This document shows, piece after piece, positions 1-13,647 of a stretch of 64,000 nucleotides of DNA; position 1 is the first letter of the stretch, and the number at the start of each line of letters is the position of its first letter. This stretch comes from Candidatus Dormiibacterota bacterium. GTDB taxonomy: Bacteria > Chloroflexota > Dormibacteria > Aeolococcales > Aeolococcaceae. Where the stretch lies: the NCBI GenBank assembly GCA_963709585.1, contig CAVPXI010000006.1, positions 64,001 to 128,000 of the forward strand, in the 5' to 3' direction. The notes beneath the pieces were generated by a model. It was not told the DNA's origin, ran no database searches, and saw nothing but the letters and a program-made list of their open reading frames with translations. The translations under genes were made by a program, and so were the position numbers.

Positions 1-4466
<4,466 letters not shown>

Positions 4467-4474
<8 letters not shown>

Positions 4475-5810
4475 GGGTGACCTGCTCGGAGGTGATCGGC
4501 ACACGCGCCAGGTTCCGATGGATGACCCGTCCGCCGGCCATGGTGAGCAGGACCGTGCCCCGGAGGGTGGCGCCGAGGAGCGGTGTGTTGCGCGACCGCG
4601 ACTGCAATGGCTTCTCGCCGACGGTCCACTCCGTGTTCGGGTCGAAGAGCGTGCAGGTCGCCAACTCGCCGATCCGCAGACGCGGCTCGGGGACACCGGA
4701 CGCCGGTCCGAGAATCCGATGGGGCCCGACGGTCAATCGCTCGACGAGCGTCGCCAGCCACTCCCCTCCCATTCCACCGATGGTGATACAGGTCGCGAGG
4801 GCGGTCTCGAGTCCGATCATTCCCGGCGCCGCCTCGTCGTACGCGAGTGACTTCTCGGCGGCACGATGGGGCGCGTGGTCGGTCGCGACCGCCTCGATGA
4901 CCCCTTCGCGCAGCGCACGCACGAGCGCGTTGCGATCGCGCTCCGATCGCAGCGGAGGGTTGACTTTGCGCAGCGCCTGGGGATCCGGCTCCTCCGCGAC
5001 CGGGAGCCACATCGACAGGTGGTGGGGTGTGACCTCCGCGCTCACAGTCAAGCCCTGATGACGCGCACGCCGCAGCGATGCAACCGAGCCTTCGGCGGAC
5101 AGGTGCTGGAGGTGCAGGTGTCCGGATCGCGCGTGTGACAGCGCGCGAATCGCGAGATTCACTGCGCGGGTCTCGGATTCGGCGGGGCGGATGGGACAGC
5201 GCGTCACCGCCCCCTGGGTCGCGTTGGCCTGCGCGATCATCTCCTCGTCCTCGGGATGCACGAACACGGCGCGAGACAGATGCGCTGTTTCGGCAAGCGC
5301 GATCGCGAGCTGACGAGGGGAGACAGCGTTGCGTCCGTCGTCGCCGACCGCGACCGCTCCCGCCTCGACGCACTTGCGGATGTCGACCAGTTCGGCGCCC
5401 TCGAGCCCGCGCGTGAGCGCGGCGATCTGCAGGATCGACACCGGCAGCGCGTTCGCGGCGAGTCGCGCTTCCGCGACCCGCTCCGGTGTGTCGATCGGCG
5501 GTGATGTGTTGGCCATCGCCACGACATAGGCGTATCCGCCCGCCGCCGCCGCCCGCGCGCCGCTCGCGAGCGTCTCGGCATCGTCGTCGCCGGGCTCGCG
5601 GAGGTGGGCGTGCACGTCGATGAACGCCGGGCAGAGCACGCACGGATCAGCGCCGGGAGCCGGGGTCAGGTCGATGACCGGCACCCCGGCCGCGTCGATG
5701 TGGTGATAGATGGCAAGGATCTTGCCGCCGTCGAGCCAGACGTCCTGCCCGGCGGCGTCCAGGCGGCCAAGCGGATCGATGACGCGCACACCGCGCAGGA
5801 TCGCGTTCAC
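4467..5810 (-). CDS. pyrC: Dihydroorotase
   Basis: DVHAHLREPG, EVTPHHL, KVNPPLR and ATDHAPH motifs; GTGA overlap with the pyrR stop. Confidence 0.93.
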
Positions 5811-6385
5811 GGACGCACGCTGCGGCGCAACCACGCGCCGTCGACACCATCGACCTCGCGCAGGCGCACGAAGACGCGATCACCGAGTGCAGTCGGAACG
5901 TTCTTGCCGACATAGGTGGCGCGCAGCGGCAGCTCGCGATGGCCCCGGTCGATCAGCGCGAGCACCTCGACGGCGGCGGGACGTCCGCAGTCGACCAGGG
6001 CGTCGAGCGCCGCCCGAATCGTCCGGCCGGTGAAGAGCACGTCGTCCACCACGATCACCACCGAGCCGTCGATCCGCGGCGCGCAGCCGCCATCGACCTC
6101 GTCGAGGGCCGAATGCGGCGCCGCCGGGCGCGGGCGGTCATCGCGATGCGCGCTCGGGTCGAGTGCGGCCACGGGTGGGGCCGTGTGACCCAGGTTCGCG
6201 AGTTGGCGCGCCACCGCGCGAGCCAGCGGGACACCGCGGGTGGGGATGCCCACGAGCACCACGCTGTCCAGCGCCGGATGGCGCTCGGCGATCTCGTGCG
6301 CGAACCGCACGGTGATGCGCTGCACCGCGGCGGCGTCGAGCAGCTGCGGACTGTCGTCGAGCGGGTGCGCGAGGCCGGTCACCAC
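5807..6385 (-). CDS. pyrR: Bifunctional pyr operon regulator/uracil phosphoribosyltransferase
   Basis: GIPTRG, VDDVLFTGRTIRAALDAL and DRGHRELP motifs; start approximate. Confidence 0.92.
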   Translation of the reverse strand: MVTGLAHPLDDSPQLLDAAAVQRITVRFAHEIAERHPALDSVVLVGIPTRGVPLARAVARQLANLGHTAPPVAALDPSAHRDDRPRPAAPHSALDEVDGGCAPRIDGSVVIVVDDVLFTGRTIRAALDALVDCGRPAAVEVLALIDRGHRELPLRATYVGKNVPTALGDRVFVRLREVDGVDGAWLRRSVRP

Positions 6386-6392
6386 GGCTCCG

Positions 6393-7322
6393 TCATGCGA
6401 GCAGCATCTCGAGCAGCGCCATCCTGATGGCGACGCCGTTTGCCGCCTGGCGGAAGTAGGCTGCACGCGGATCGGCATCCACCTCCGGCGCGATCTCGTC
6501 AACCCGCGGCAACGGATGCATCACGATCGCGGTCGCGGGCAGCTGTCGCATGATCGCTCCGTCGATGCGGATCGCAGTCCGGGCCTGCTCGTACTCGAGG
6601 GGATCGGTGAAGCGCTCCTTCTGCACCCGCGTTTGGTAGACGACGTCGACGTCGTCGAGCACGTCGGTGAGCTGTTCGGCGAGCCGGCACTCGACCCCTC
6701 GAGCCTCGAGCCGCTCGAGGATGTCGCCGCCCACCTGGATCACCGCCGGGGCGACAAAGGCAAGGCGCACCCCGGGGTAGAGCGCGAGCAGCAGGGCGAG
6801 CGAACGCGCGGTCCTGCCGAAGCGAAGGTCGCCGCAGAAGGCGACGCGCACCCCCTCGACGTGTCCGAGCTCGCGCTCGATGGTGTAGAGGTCGAGCAAG
6901 GCCTGGGTCGGATGCTCGCCCGGCCCGTCCCCCGCATTGACGACCGGTACCGAAGCGACACTCGCCGCTCGCGCCGCGGCGCCGGCCTGGTCATGGCGCA
7001 GCACGATCAGGTCGGCGTACGTCGACACCATGCGCACCGTGTCCTCGAGCGTCTCGCCCTTGATCGCGCTCGAGAACGCGTGCGCCGCCTCGGTCCCGAT
7101 CACCGAGCCGCCGAGCCGGAGCATCGCCGATTCAAAGCTCAACCGGGTCCGCGTGCTCGGCTCGTAGAAGAGTGTGGCCATGACCCGGTGCGCGAGGCGG
7201 TCGTCACGCACCCCGGCCAGGGCGGTGGCGCGCCGAAAGATGACGTCGAGCAGCTCGCGATCGAACTGCTCGGCGGTGATCACGTGGCCGAGCATCCGGT
7301 TTGGCGCGGTGGTTGCCGTCAT
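6393..7322 (-). CDS. pyrB: Aspartate carbamoyltransferase catalytic subunit
   Basis: FYEPSTRTRLSFE, NAGDG.GEHPTQALLD and MHPLPR motifs. Confidence 0.96.
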   Translation of the reverse strand: MTATTAPNRMLGHVITAEQFDRELLDVIFRRATALAGVRDDRLAHRVMATLFYEPSTRTRLSFESAMLRLGGSVIGTEAAHAFSSAIKGETLEDTVRMVSTYADLIVLRHDQAGAAARAASVASVPVVNAGDGPGEHPTQALLDLYTIERELGHVEGVRVAFCGDLRFGRTARSLALLLALYPGVRLAFVAPAVIQVGGDILERLEARGVECRLAEQLTDVLDDVDVVYQTRVQKERFTDPLEYEQARTAIRIDGAIMRQLPATAIVMHPLPRVDEIAPEVDADPRAAYFRQAANGVAIRMALLEMLLA

Positions 7323-7324
7323 GG

Positions 7325-7420
7325 CGCTTCGCCCTCCAGCCCGGGCGGGTTCGGGCAAGGGCGGCCGCGCGGCGGCTCTGCGATCCCTTGCCGGCCTCTC
7401 CGGACCTGCTTGAAGTGGAT
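7325..7420 (-). promoter_or_regulatory. PyrR-binding RNA leader with anti-SD switch upstream of pyrB
   Basis: mRNA AUCCACUUCAAGCAGGUCCGGAGAGGCCGGCAAGGGAU resembles the PyrR binding-loop consensus (ARUCCnGnGAGGYU); alternative pairings GGCAAGGG/CCCUUGCC and CGCCCUU/GAGGGCG (SD). Confidence 0.8.
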
Positions 7421-7452
7421 GCGTTTCGCGGACTCTACCTTAGAGTGTCGTC

Positions 7453-7677
7453 ATGGCACTCGGTGATGCGGGCAAGCTGCTCCTGATCGCCGGCGCGGTG
7501 ATCCTGGTCCTCGGTGGCGTGCTCGTGCTCCTGACGCGCATCGGGGTCACCCAGCTGCCGGGGAGCATCTCGGTGAGCAACGGCAGCTTCTCGTTCTTCT
7601 TCCCAGTGGCGTTCTGCGTCGTGGTCAGCGTGGTGCTGACCTTGGTCATCAACCTGATCCTCCGTCTGCGTCAGTAG
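7453..7677 (+). CDS. Small membrane protein, DUF2905-like
   Basis: Two hydrophobic helices around LPGSI...FFFPV; TAGAGT -10 box 6 nt upstream of the ATG. Confidence 0.75.
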   Translation: MALGDAGKLLLIAGAVILVLGGVLVLLTRIGVTQLPGSISVSNGSFSFFFPVAFCVVVSVVLTLVINLILRLRQ

Positions 7678-7687
7678 CGGGCCGGCG

Positions 7688-8611
7688 ATGACCGACGCCT
7701 CGTCGAAGGATCTGACCATCACGCCCGACGGCGCATTCTCCCTGTCGGCAGCGGCAAGCTTCGGGTTCGGTCCGAACACGGGGCGACCCAGGCCGGACGG
7801 AAACTCGATGTCGCTGGCATTCGTCGCCGACGACCTCGTGCATCATGCCGCCGCGTCCCTCACACAGGATGCACAGGGCGTGGTCCATTGCCGGGTCTTC
7901 GGTGAGGCGGACCCCGGTCAGGTCGTCGACCAGGTGCGCCGGGTGCTCTCGCTGGACCACTCCGGGTCGGCGTGGGCCGAGGTCGGTGGCCGCGATCCCG
8001 TGATCGGCCGGCTCCAGACCGAGCTTCCCGGGCTGCGTCCGGTGCTGTTCCATTCACCCTACGAAGCGGCCGCGTGGTCGATCCTTAGCCAGCGCAGGCA
8101 CCGGACCCAGGCGACCGCGGTGCGAAAGCGGCTCTCGGCTGCCCACGGCCGGGTGTTCACGCTGGCGAGTGGCGACCTCGAGGCCTTCCCCACACCGGCT
8201 GCGCTGCTCGGGGTCGATTCCTTTCCCAGCCTGGAGCCGCAGCGCATCGACCGCCTCCACTCGGTCGCTCGCGCCGCCCTCGAAGGATTGCTCGACCCGG
8301 CCCGGCTCCTCGCCATGGCGCCGGAGGAGGCGATGGCAGCGCTGCAACAGCTCCCCGGGGTCGGGCCGATGTACGCCGGGTTGATCCTGCTGCGATCCAC
8401 CGGGGCGACCGACATCCTCACGCTCGGCGAGCCGCGCCTCGCGTCCTACATCAGCCACTTCTACGGGCTGGCCACCACCGCTAATCGTGAACAGATCTCG
8501 ACACTCGCGGAGGCCTGGCGCCCCTTCCGAACCTGGGCGAGCGTGCTCATCCGCGTCGCCGGCGACCGCGACGGGGTGGCCTGGGGGTCTCAGACCGGCG
8601 GCGGCAGGTAG
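7688..8611 (+). CDS. alkA: DNA-3-methyladenine glycosylase II (AlkA family, HhH-GPD)
   Basis: PGLRP, PYEAAAWSILSQ, AFPTP, LQQLPGVGP (HhH) and AEAWRPFRTWA motifs. Confidence 0.85.
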   Translation: MTDASSKDLTITPDGAFSLSAAASFGFGPNTGRPRPDGNSMSLAFVADDLVHHAAASLTQDAQGVVHCRVFGEADPGQVVDQVRRVLSLDHSGSAWAEVGGRDPVIGRLQTELPGLRPVLFHSPYEAAAWSILSQRRHRTQATAVRKRLSAAHGRVFTLASGDLEAFPTPAALLGVDSFPSLEPQRIDRLHSVARAALEGLLDPARLLAMAPEEAMAALQQLPGVGPMYAGLILLRSTGATDILTLGEPRLASYISHFYGLATTANREQISTLAEAWRPFRTWASVLIRVAGDRDGVAWGSQTGGGR

Positions 8612-9057
8612 CGGCCGCGGGCGATCCGTCCGCCGGACACGTCGAACGCCCACGTCCCCCCCTTGGCCCACTGCATGCCGCCGCGCATCGGCACGTGGGC
8701 GTCGGCCAGGCTGGTCACGATCGACGCCATGACGTCACCGTGGGTGCAGAGGACCGACCCGGGGGTTGACGCGAGCTCGGCCAGGGCCCATCCCGGGTCG
8801 GCGCCCTCGGCAAGGCGATCGTCCTCGTGCACGCGGATGCCGAGCGCCTCAGCGAGCGGCGCGACGGTCTCCACGCAGCGGACGTATGAGCTCGACGTGA
8901 CAGCGCGCGTGCCCGGTCCGAGCAAGCGCACCAGGGCGGCTGCCTGGAGCCGTCCCGCCGCGGTCAGCGGCCGGCCGCGATCCGGCGCAGTCCAGCGCTC
9001 ACGTGACCCCGCCTTGGCGTGGCGGACGAGGAAGCTCGTGTGCTCATCGCCAGGCAC
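8590..9057 (-). CDS. Histidine phosphatase (SixA/phosphoglycerate mutase family)
   Basis: LVRHAKA, RPLT..G..QA, SS.YVRC.ET and LCTHG motifs; start approximate. Confidence 0.85.
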   Translation of the reverse strand: MPGDEHTSFLVRHAKAGSRERWTAPDRGRPLTAAGRLQAAALVRLLGPGTRAVTSSSYVRCVETVAPLAEALGIRVHEDDRLAEGADPGWALAELASTPGSVLCTHGDVMASIVTSLADAHVPMRGGMQWAKGGTWAFDVSGGRIARGRYLPPPV

Positions 9058-10548
9058 CGGACCACCCTTGCTCGACGCGCTTCCAGACCGCCGGCCACCC
9101 GCGGCGAGCCTGCTCCGCGGCGTCGCGCTGGAGCGCGACAAGCTCCCCGGCGGCGAAGAGCGCCGTCTCGTGAACCCGGGGTGCGGCTGACCGTTCGCGC
9201 AGCCAGGCCTCGGCAACCACGGCATCGTGGAGCTCGCCGAGCACCTCCTGGAGGGCCGCGACCTCCCGCGCGAACTTCGCCGCGTTCTTCCCCGTCGCCG
9301 CCGCTGCAGCCTCGGCCGCGTAGCGGCACCGCTTCGCGCGGATGCGCAGGTCGTGGAGCTGCTCGTCGGGCACGTCGCCACCCGCGGCGATCGCGCCCGA
9401 CTTGAGCGATCGCCAGGGCTTGCGCACCAGCCCGGGGAGCACCTCGCGCGCCGGGGACGACGCCATCTCGGTGAGGACGGGGGTCCGGGCGGCCGCGACC
9501 AGGTGGTCGATCACCTCGATGTACCGGTCGGCGTCGATCGCGACGAGGAGATGGCGGCGAGCGGAGCGCACCTGCCCGACCAGCGGAGCGACGATCGCCA
9601 GCGCCGATCGGCGGTCCGAGGCCGGAAGCGTCGTGGCTGCCGCTTTCAGGCGATCGCGAAGTACCTCGGCGTCGCGGACCCTGCCGAGCTCGCCGCCGAC
9701 CCAGCGAAGATCGTCACGCAGTGCTTCGGCCCACGCCTCGTCGAGGAGGGGCCGGAACGTGCGCAGATCGCTGCGCAGACGGCGGGTGGCGACGCGCGCC
9801 TGGTGGACATCCTCGGCGTCGACTCCGAGCCGGACACCCGGATCGTGACGGAGGAGGCGGATGACCGACGTGCTCAGGGCGCGCCGCACCACGTCCCCGG
9901 CGGTCGCCGCACCGCCGAGGGTGACCGAGGCGATCTCCGGCGGGGGTATGCCCACGAGCCCGAGGGCTCGCGCGACCGAGGCTCGGGGACGCGCCGGCTG
10001 GGCGCCCGCAGCCTGGTACCGAGCGGCGATAAGGTCGAGCACCGGGCCGTTGTCGCTGAACAGGTCGATCTCGCGAAACCGCTGGGTGATCCGAGGACCC
10101 GAGTACACCGAGACGGTGTCGTCGACGAGACGTGCGATCACCGCCCCCTCGGCGTCGAGCAGCACGGTCTCGCCGGTCACGGTGACCAGACGGGCGACGA
10201 GCTCGACGGGCGCCCGGCGCGCATAGGCGCGAACCAGCTGGAGCGCCCGTTCCGGGGGACGCTCCGCAGCGCCCTCGAAATGCAGCTCGGCCCCGTCCGG
10301 CGCGGCCATCCCTTCGCTCGTGGCGGGCAGCCGCAGGACCCAGCCCGGGTCCGCCGAGTGCTCCAACGAGACGCCCCAGCGCGCCAGGCGGAGGTCGGCG
10401 GTGTCCCAGTGCGTGGTCCGCTGCCTTCGCACCGGCTCGGCGACGACCGCAGCGGAGGCGTCGAGGCCGTCGAGGGGCTCCGGCGAGAACGTGATCGGCA
10501 CCTCGAGACGGAGCCCGTGCGCAACTCGGCCCCCGCCGCAGTGGTCAC
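9044..10548 (-). CDS. CYTH + CHAD domain protein
   Basis: WDTADLRLARWGVSL and DD.VSV..FREI (CYTH-like); VHQARVATRRLRS, LHDLRIRAKRCRYAAE and LQEVLGELHD (CHAD). Start codon uncertain. Confidence 0.85.
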
Positions 10549-12659
10549 TTCGCGACGCGCTCGACCGCGAGCCGGTGCAGCTCCTCCTGGGCATCGAGAC
10601 CGCATACGGTCGGGACCTTGTGCCAGCTCCCGTCCGCCTGAAGCTCGGAAGCAAGCACATCGTCGGCGAGGAGCACCTCCACGACCTCGGCGAGCCGTGC
10701 CTGCAGGCGGGGGTCGATCACCGGCACCACCGTCTCGATTCTCCCGTCGAGGTTGCGCCCCATCAGATCCGCCGACCCGATGTACCAGCGGTCGTCGCCG
10801 AAGTGGTAGATCCGGGAGTGCTCGAGGTAGCGCCCGACAAGCGAGCGCACCCAGATGTTCTCGGACATCCCGGCGATCCCCGGACGCACCCCGCAGGAGC
10901 TGCGCACGATGAGGTCGATCCGCGCCCCGGCGCTCGACGCCGCATAGAGCGCTTCGATGACTTCGGGGTCAATGAGGTGGTTGCACTTGATGATGATCCG
11001 GCCGGTGCCGTGAGTCTGGGTGCGAATGAGCTCGACGATCCCGCTGCGCAACGTGACCGGGGCCACGAGCAGGCGCCGGTACTGACGCTGGCGGCTGTAG
11101 CCGGTCAGATAGTTGAACAGGTCGGTCAGGTCCTCACCGAGCTCCGGGTCGGACGAGAGCAGGCCGATGTCCTCGTAGAGGCGGGCGGTCTGTTGGTTGT
11201 AGTTCCCGGTGCCCATGTGGCAGTAGCGGCGGATCCCGGTGCCGGTGCGTCGGACGACCAGCGTGGCCTTGGCGTGCGTCTTGAGGCCGACCACGCCGTA
11301 GACGACGTGGACGCCTGCCTTTTCGAGCTCGGCCGCCCAGGTGATGTTCGCCTCCTCGTCGAAGCGGGCCGTCAACTCGACGAGCGCGACCACCTGCTTG
11401 CCGGACTCGGCGGCGCGGATGAGGGAGCGGACGATCGGGCTGTCCGGACCCGAGGTTCGGTACAGCGTCTGCTTGATGGCGAGCACGTCGGGATCGCTCA
11501 CCGCCTGGTCGACGAAGGCCTCCACGCTGCTCGCGAAGGACTCGTACGGATGGTGGACCAGGACGTCTCCTGCGTCGATCGCGCGGAAGATGTCCACCTC
11601 GCCCTCGTCGCCCGGGGGCTTGGCGAGAGCCGGCGGGATCACCGGGGCGGGAAGGCGCTCCTTGAGATCGGGCCGGTTCAGCTCGTACAGGCCCCACAGG
11701 CCGCTGAGATCGAGGGGCCCGGCGACCGTGTAGACGTCCTCGCCGGAGAGCTCGAGCTCGCGCATCAGCAGCCGCTTGACCTCCTCGGACATGGTGTCGT
11801 CGATCTCGAGGCGCACGACCTGAGGCGAGCGGCGCCGGCGGCGGAGGTACTCCTGGACAGCGGTGCGCAGGTCCTCGGCCTCCTCCTCCTCGAGCGCCGG
11901 GTCGGCGTTGCGGGTCACCCGGAACGGGAATTGACCGATAACTCGCATGCCGGGGAACAACCGATCGAGGTGCGCGGCGATCACCTGCTCCACGGGGACG
12001 AAGCGTTCGCCGTCCGGCATGACCACGAATCGAGGCAGGAGCGGGGGAACCTTGACGCGTGCGATCCGCTGCTCGCTGCCTCGGGGCGCGCCCACGACGA
12101 CGGCCAGGTTCAGGGACAGGTCGCTGATGTAAGGGAACGGATGCGCCGGGTCCACCGCGAGCGGCGTGAGGACTGGGAAGATCCGCTCCTCGAAGACCGA
12201 GTCGACGTTCTCGCGGTCGCCAAGGTCGAGCGAGCCGTAGTTCGAGAAGCGGAGTCCGACCTCACCGAGACGTTCCACGATGGCCCGGAACGCGCGCATC
12301 TGCCGGGCTGTGAGGTCGATGGCGCGACGCTGGATCTCGGAGAGCTGCTCGTCCACCGTCATCCCGTCGGGGCTCAGCGCGGCAACACCGGCTCGACGCT
12401 GCTCGATCAGTCCGCCGACTCGGACCTGAAAGAACTCGTCGAGATTGCTGCTCGAGATGGCGAGGAACTTCGCCCGCTCGAGCAGCGCACGCGCGCTGTC
12501 CTCGGCGAGCTCGAGCACGCGGGTATCGAAGTCGAGCCAGCTGAGGTGCCGGTTGATGTACCGATGCCGGCCGCCGAGGTCGGCGGCATGGTTGGGTCCC
12601 CGATCCCGGACTCGACCCGGTGCCTCGTCGCGCGCCCGCTCACGCTCGGAGAGCGCCAT
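10545..12659 (-). CDS. ppk1: Polyphosphate kinase 1
   Basis: INRHLSWLDF, SSNLDEFFQVRV, LTPLAVDPAHPFP, HHPYESF, KTHAK, GTGNYN and GRYLEHSRI motifs. Confidence 0.96.
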   Translation of the reverse strand: MALSERERARDEAPGRVRDRGPNHAADLGGRHRYINRHLSWLDFDTRVLELAEDSARALLERAKFLAISSSNLDEFFQVRVGGLIEQRRAGVAALSPDGMTVDEQLSEIQRRAIDLTARQMRAFRAIVERLGEVGLRFSNYGSLDLGDRENVDSVFEERIFPVLTPLAVDPAHPFPYISDLSLNLAVVVGAPRGSEQRIARVKVPPLLPRFVVMPDGERFVPVEQVIAAHLDRLFPGMRVIGQFPFRVTRNADPALEEEEAEDLRTAVQEYLRRRRRSPQVVRLEIDDTMSEEVKRLLMRELELSGEDVYTVAGPLDLSGLWGLYELNRPDLKERLPAPVIPPALAKPPGDEGEVDIFRAIDAGDVLVHHPYESFASSVEAFVDQAVSDPDVLAIKQTLYRTSGPDSPIVRSLIRAAESGKQVVALVELTARFDEEANITWAAELEKAGVHVVYGVVGLKTHAKATLVVRRTGTGIRRYCHMGTGNYNQQTARLYEDIGLLSSDPELGEDLTDLFNYLTGYSRQRQYRRLLVAPVTLRSGIVELIRTQTHGTGRIIIKCNHLIDPEVIEALYAASSAGARIDLIVRSSCGVRPGIAGMSENIWVRSLVGRYLEHSRIYHFGDDRWYIGSADLMGRNLDGRIETVVPVIDPRLQARLAEVVEVLLADDVLASELQADGSWHKVPTVCGLDAQEELHRLAVERVAK

Positions 12660-13333
12660 CAGCCGAGCTCCTCGATCGCGCCGGAGTTGAGGAAGACCAG
12701 GTCCTCCGCGATGTTGGTGACTCGATCGGCGATGCGCTCGAGATGGTGGGCGATGAACACGAGATTGGTCGCCCGGAAGACCGTGGTGTTGTCCTCGGTC
12801 ATCATCTGGATCAGGTCGTCGAACAGCCGGTGGTAGATGCGGTCGACCCGGTCGTCGCCGGCGGCGATGCGACGCGCCTGGAGGACGTCGCGCGAAACCA
12901 CGGCGGCGAGGATGCCGCGCACCTGGTCGCTGCAGTAGGCGGCCATCTTGGGGACATCGACGTAGGTCTCCAGGGGCGGCAGATCAGCCAGGTTGCGGGC
13001 GAGCTTGGCGATGCTCACGCAGTGGTCGCCCATGCGCTCCAACTCCGAGGACATGTTGAGCAAGCCGATGATCTCGCGAAGCTCGCGCGGCTGCGGGCTC
13101 TGGTTAGCGATGAGCGAGAAGGAGATCTCGCGCAGCTCGCGCTGACGGTCGTTGACCAGCGCGTCCTCCGCGATGACGCGCGCGCACAGGCTCACGTCCC
13201 GCTCGGCGAGGCCGCTGGTCGCCTGGGTGATGGCGGTATCCACAAGCTCGCCCATCTCCGCGACGATGCTTCGCAGGTGGGTCAGCTCCTCCCCGAGCGT
13301 GGGGTGATGCGGGTGCAGCAATGGCTCGCTCAT
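12659..13333 (-). CDS. phoU: Phosphate signalling complex protein PhoU
   Basis: ELERMGDH, DDRVD and LERIADRVTNIAE repeats. Confidence 0.93.
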   Translation of the reverse strand: MSEPLLHPHHPTLGEELTHLRSIVAEMGELVDTAITQATSGLAERDVSLCARVIAEDALVNDRQRELREISFSLIANQSPQPRELREIIGLLNMSSELERMGDHCVSIAKLARNLADLPPLETYVDVPKMAAYCSDQVRGILAAVVSRDVLQARRIAAGDDRVDRIYHRLFDDLIQMMTEDNTTVFRATNLVFIAHHLERIADRVTNIAEDLVFLNSGAIEELG

Positions 13334-13437
13334 CTCCAAGGACTCTAATGTCCCCTGCGGGCCACCATCACATCCGCCCCGCACCATAGCCATTTCACAA
13401 TCGCTTTGCGCCTCGGGGTCACCGCATACTCGCAGTC

Positions 13438-13647
13438 GTGCAGCGAGTCGCATCGGCGAACTTGGACAAGATCGACGCGGTCGACGGCCTGCGCCGCCAG
13501 GTTGCAACCATCGAGGCGCTCATGTTCGCCTGCGATGCGCCTCCGATCCTGATCACGCTCGTCGAGGACCTCTACCAGTCGATCGACCGTTTGGAGACTC
13601 GGGCCCCCTCGTTCGATCAGCCGCCGTCTCTGCAGAGCGCAGGCTGA
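13438..13647 (+). CDS. Small hypothetical protein (69 aa)
   Basis: Helical, non-shadow-like composition; CATACT -10 box 7 nt upstream of the GTG. Overlaps the tail of ppx convergently. Confidence 0.5.
   Translation: MQRVASANLDKIDAVDGLRRQVATIEALMFACDAPPILITLVEDLYQSIDRLETRAPSFDQPPSLQSAG

Noticed and set aside
10500-10548. GAGTT-type frameshift at the start of the CYTH-CHAD gene
   Set aside because: Joining the GTGA-coupled frame to the CHAD frame needs an added base rather than a deleted one, so it does not fit the motif pattern; the start is left uncertain.
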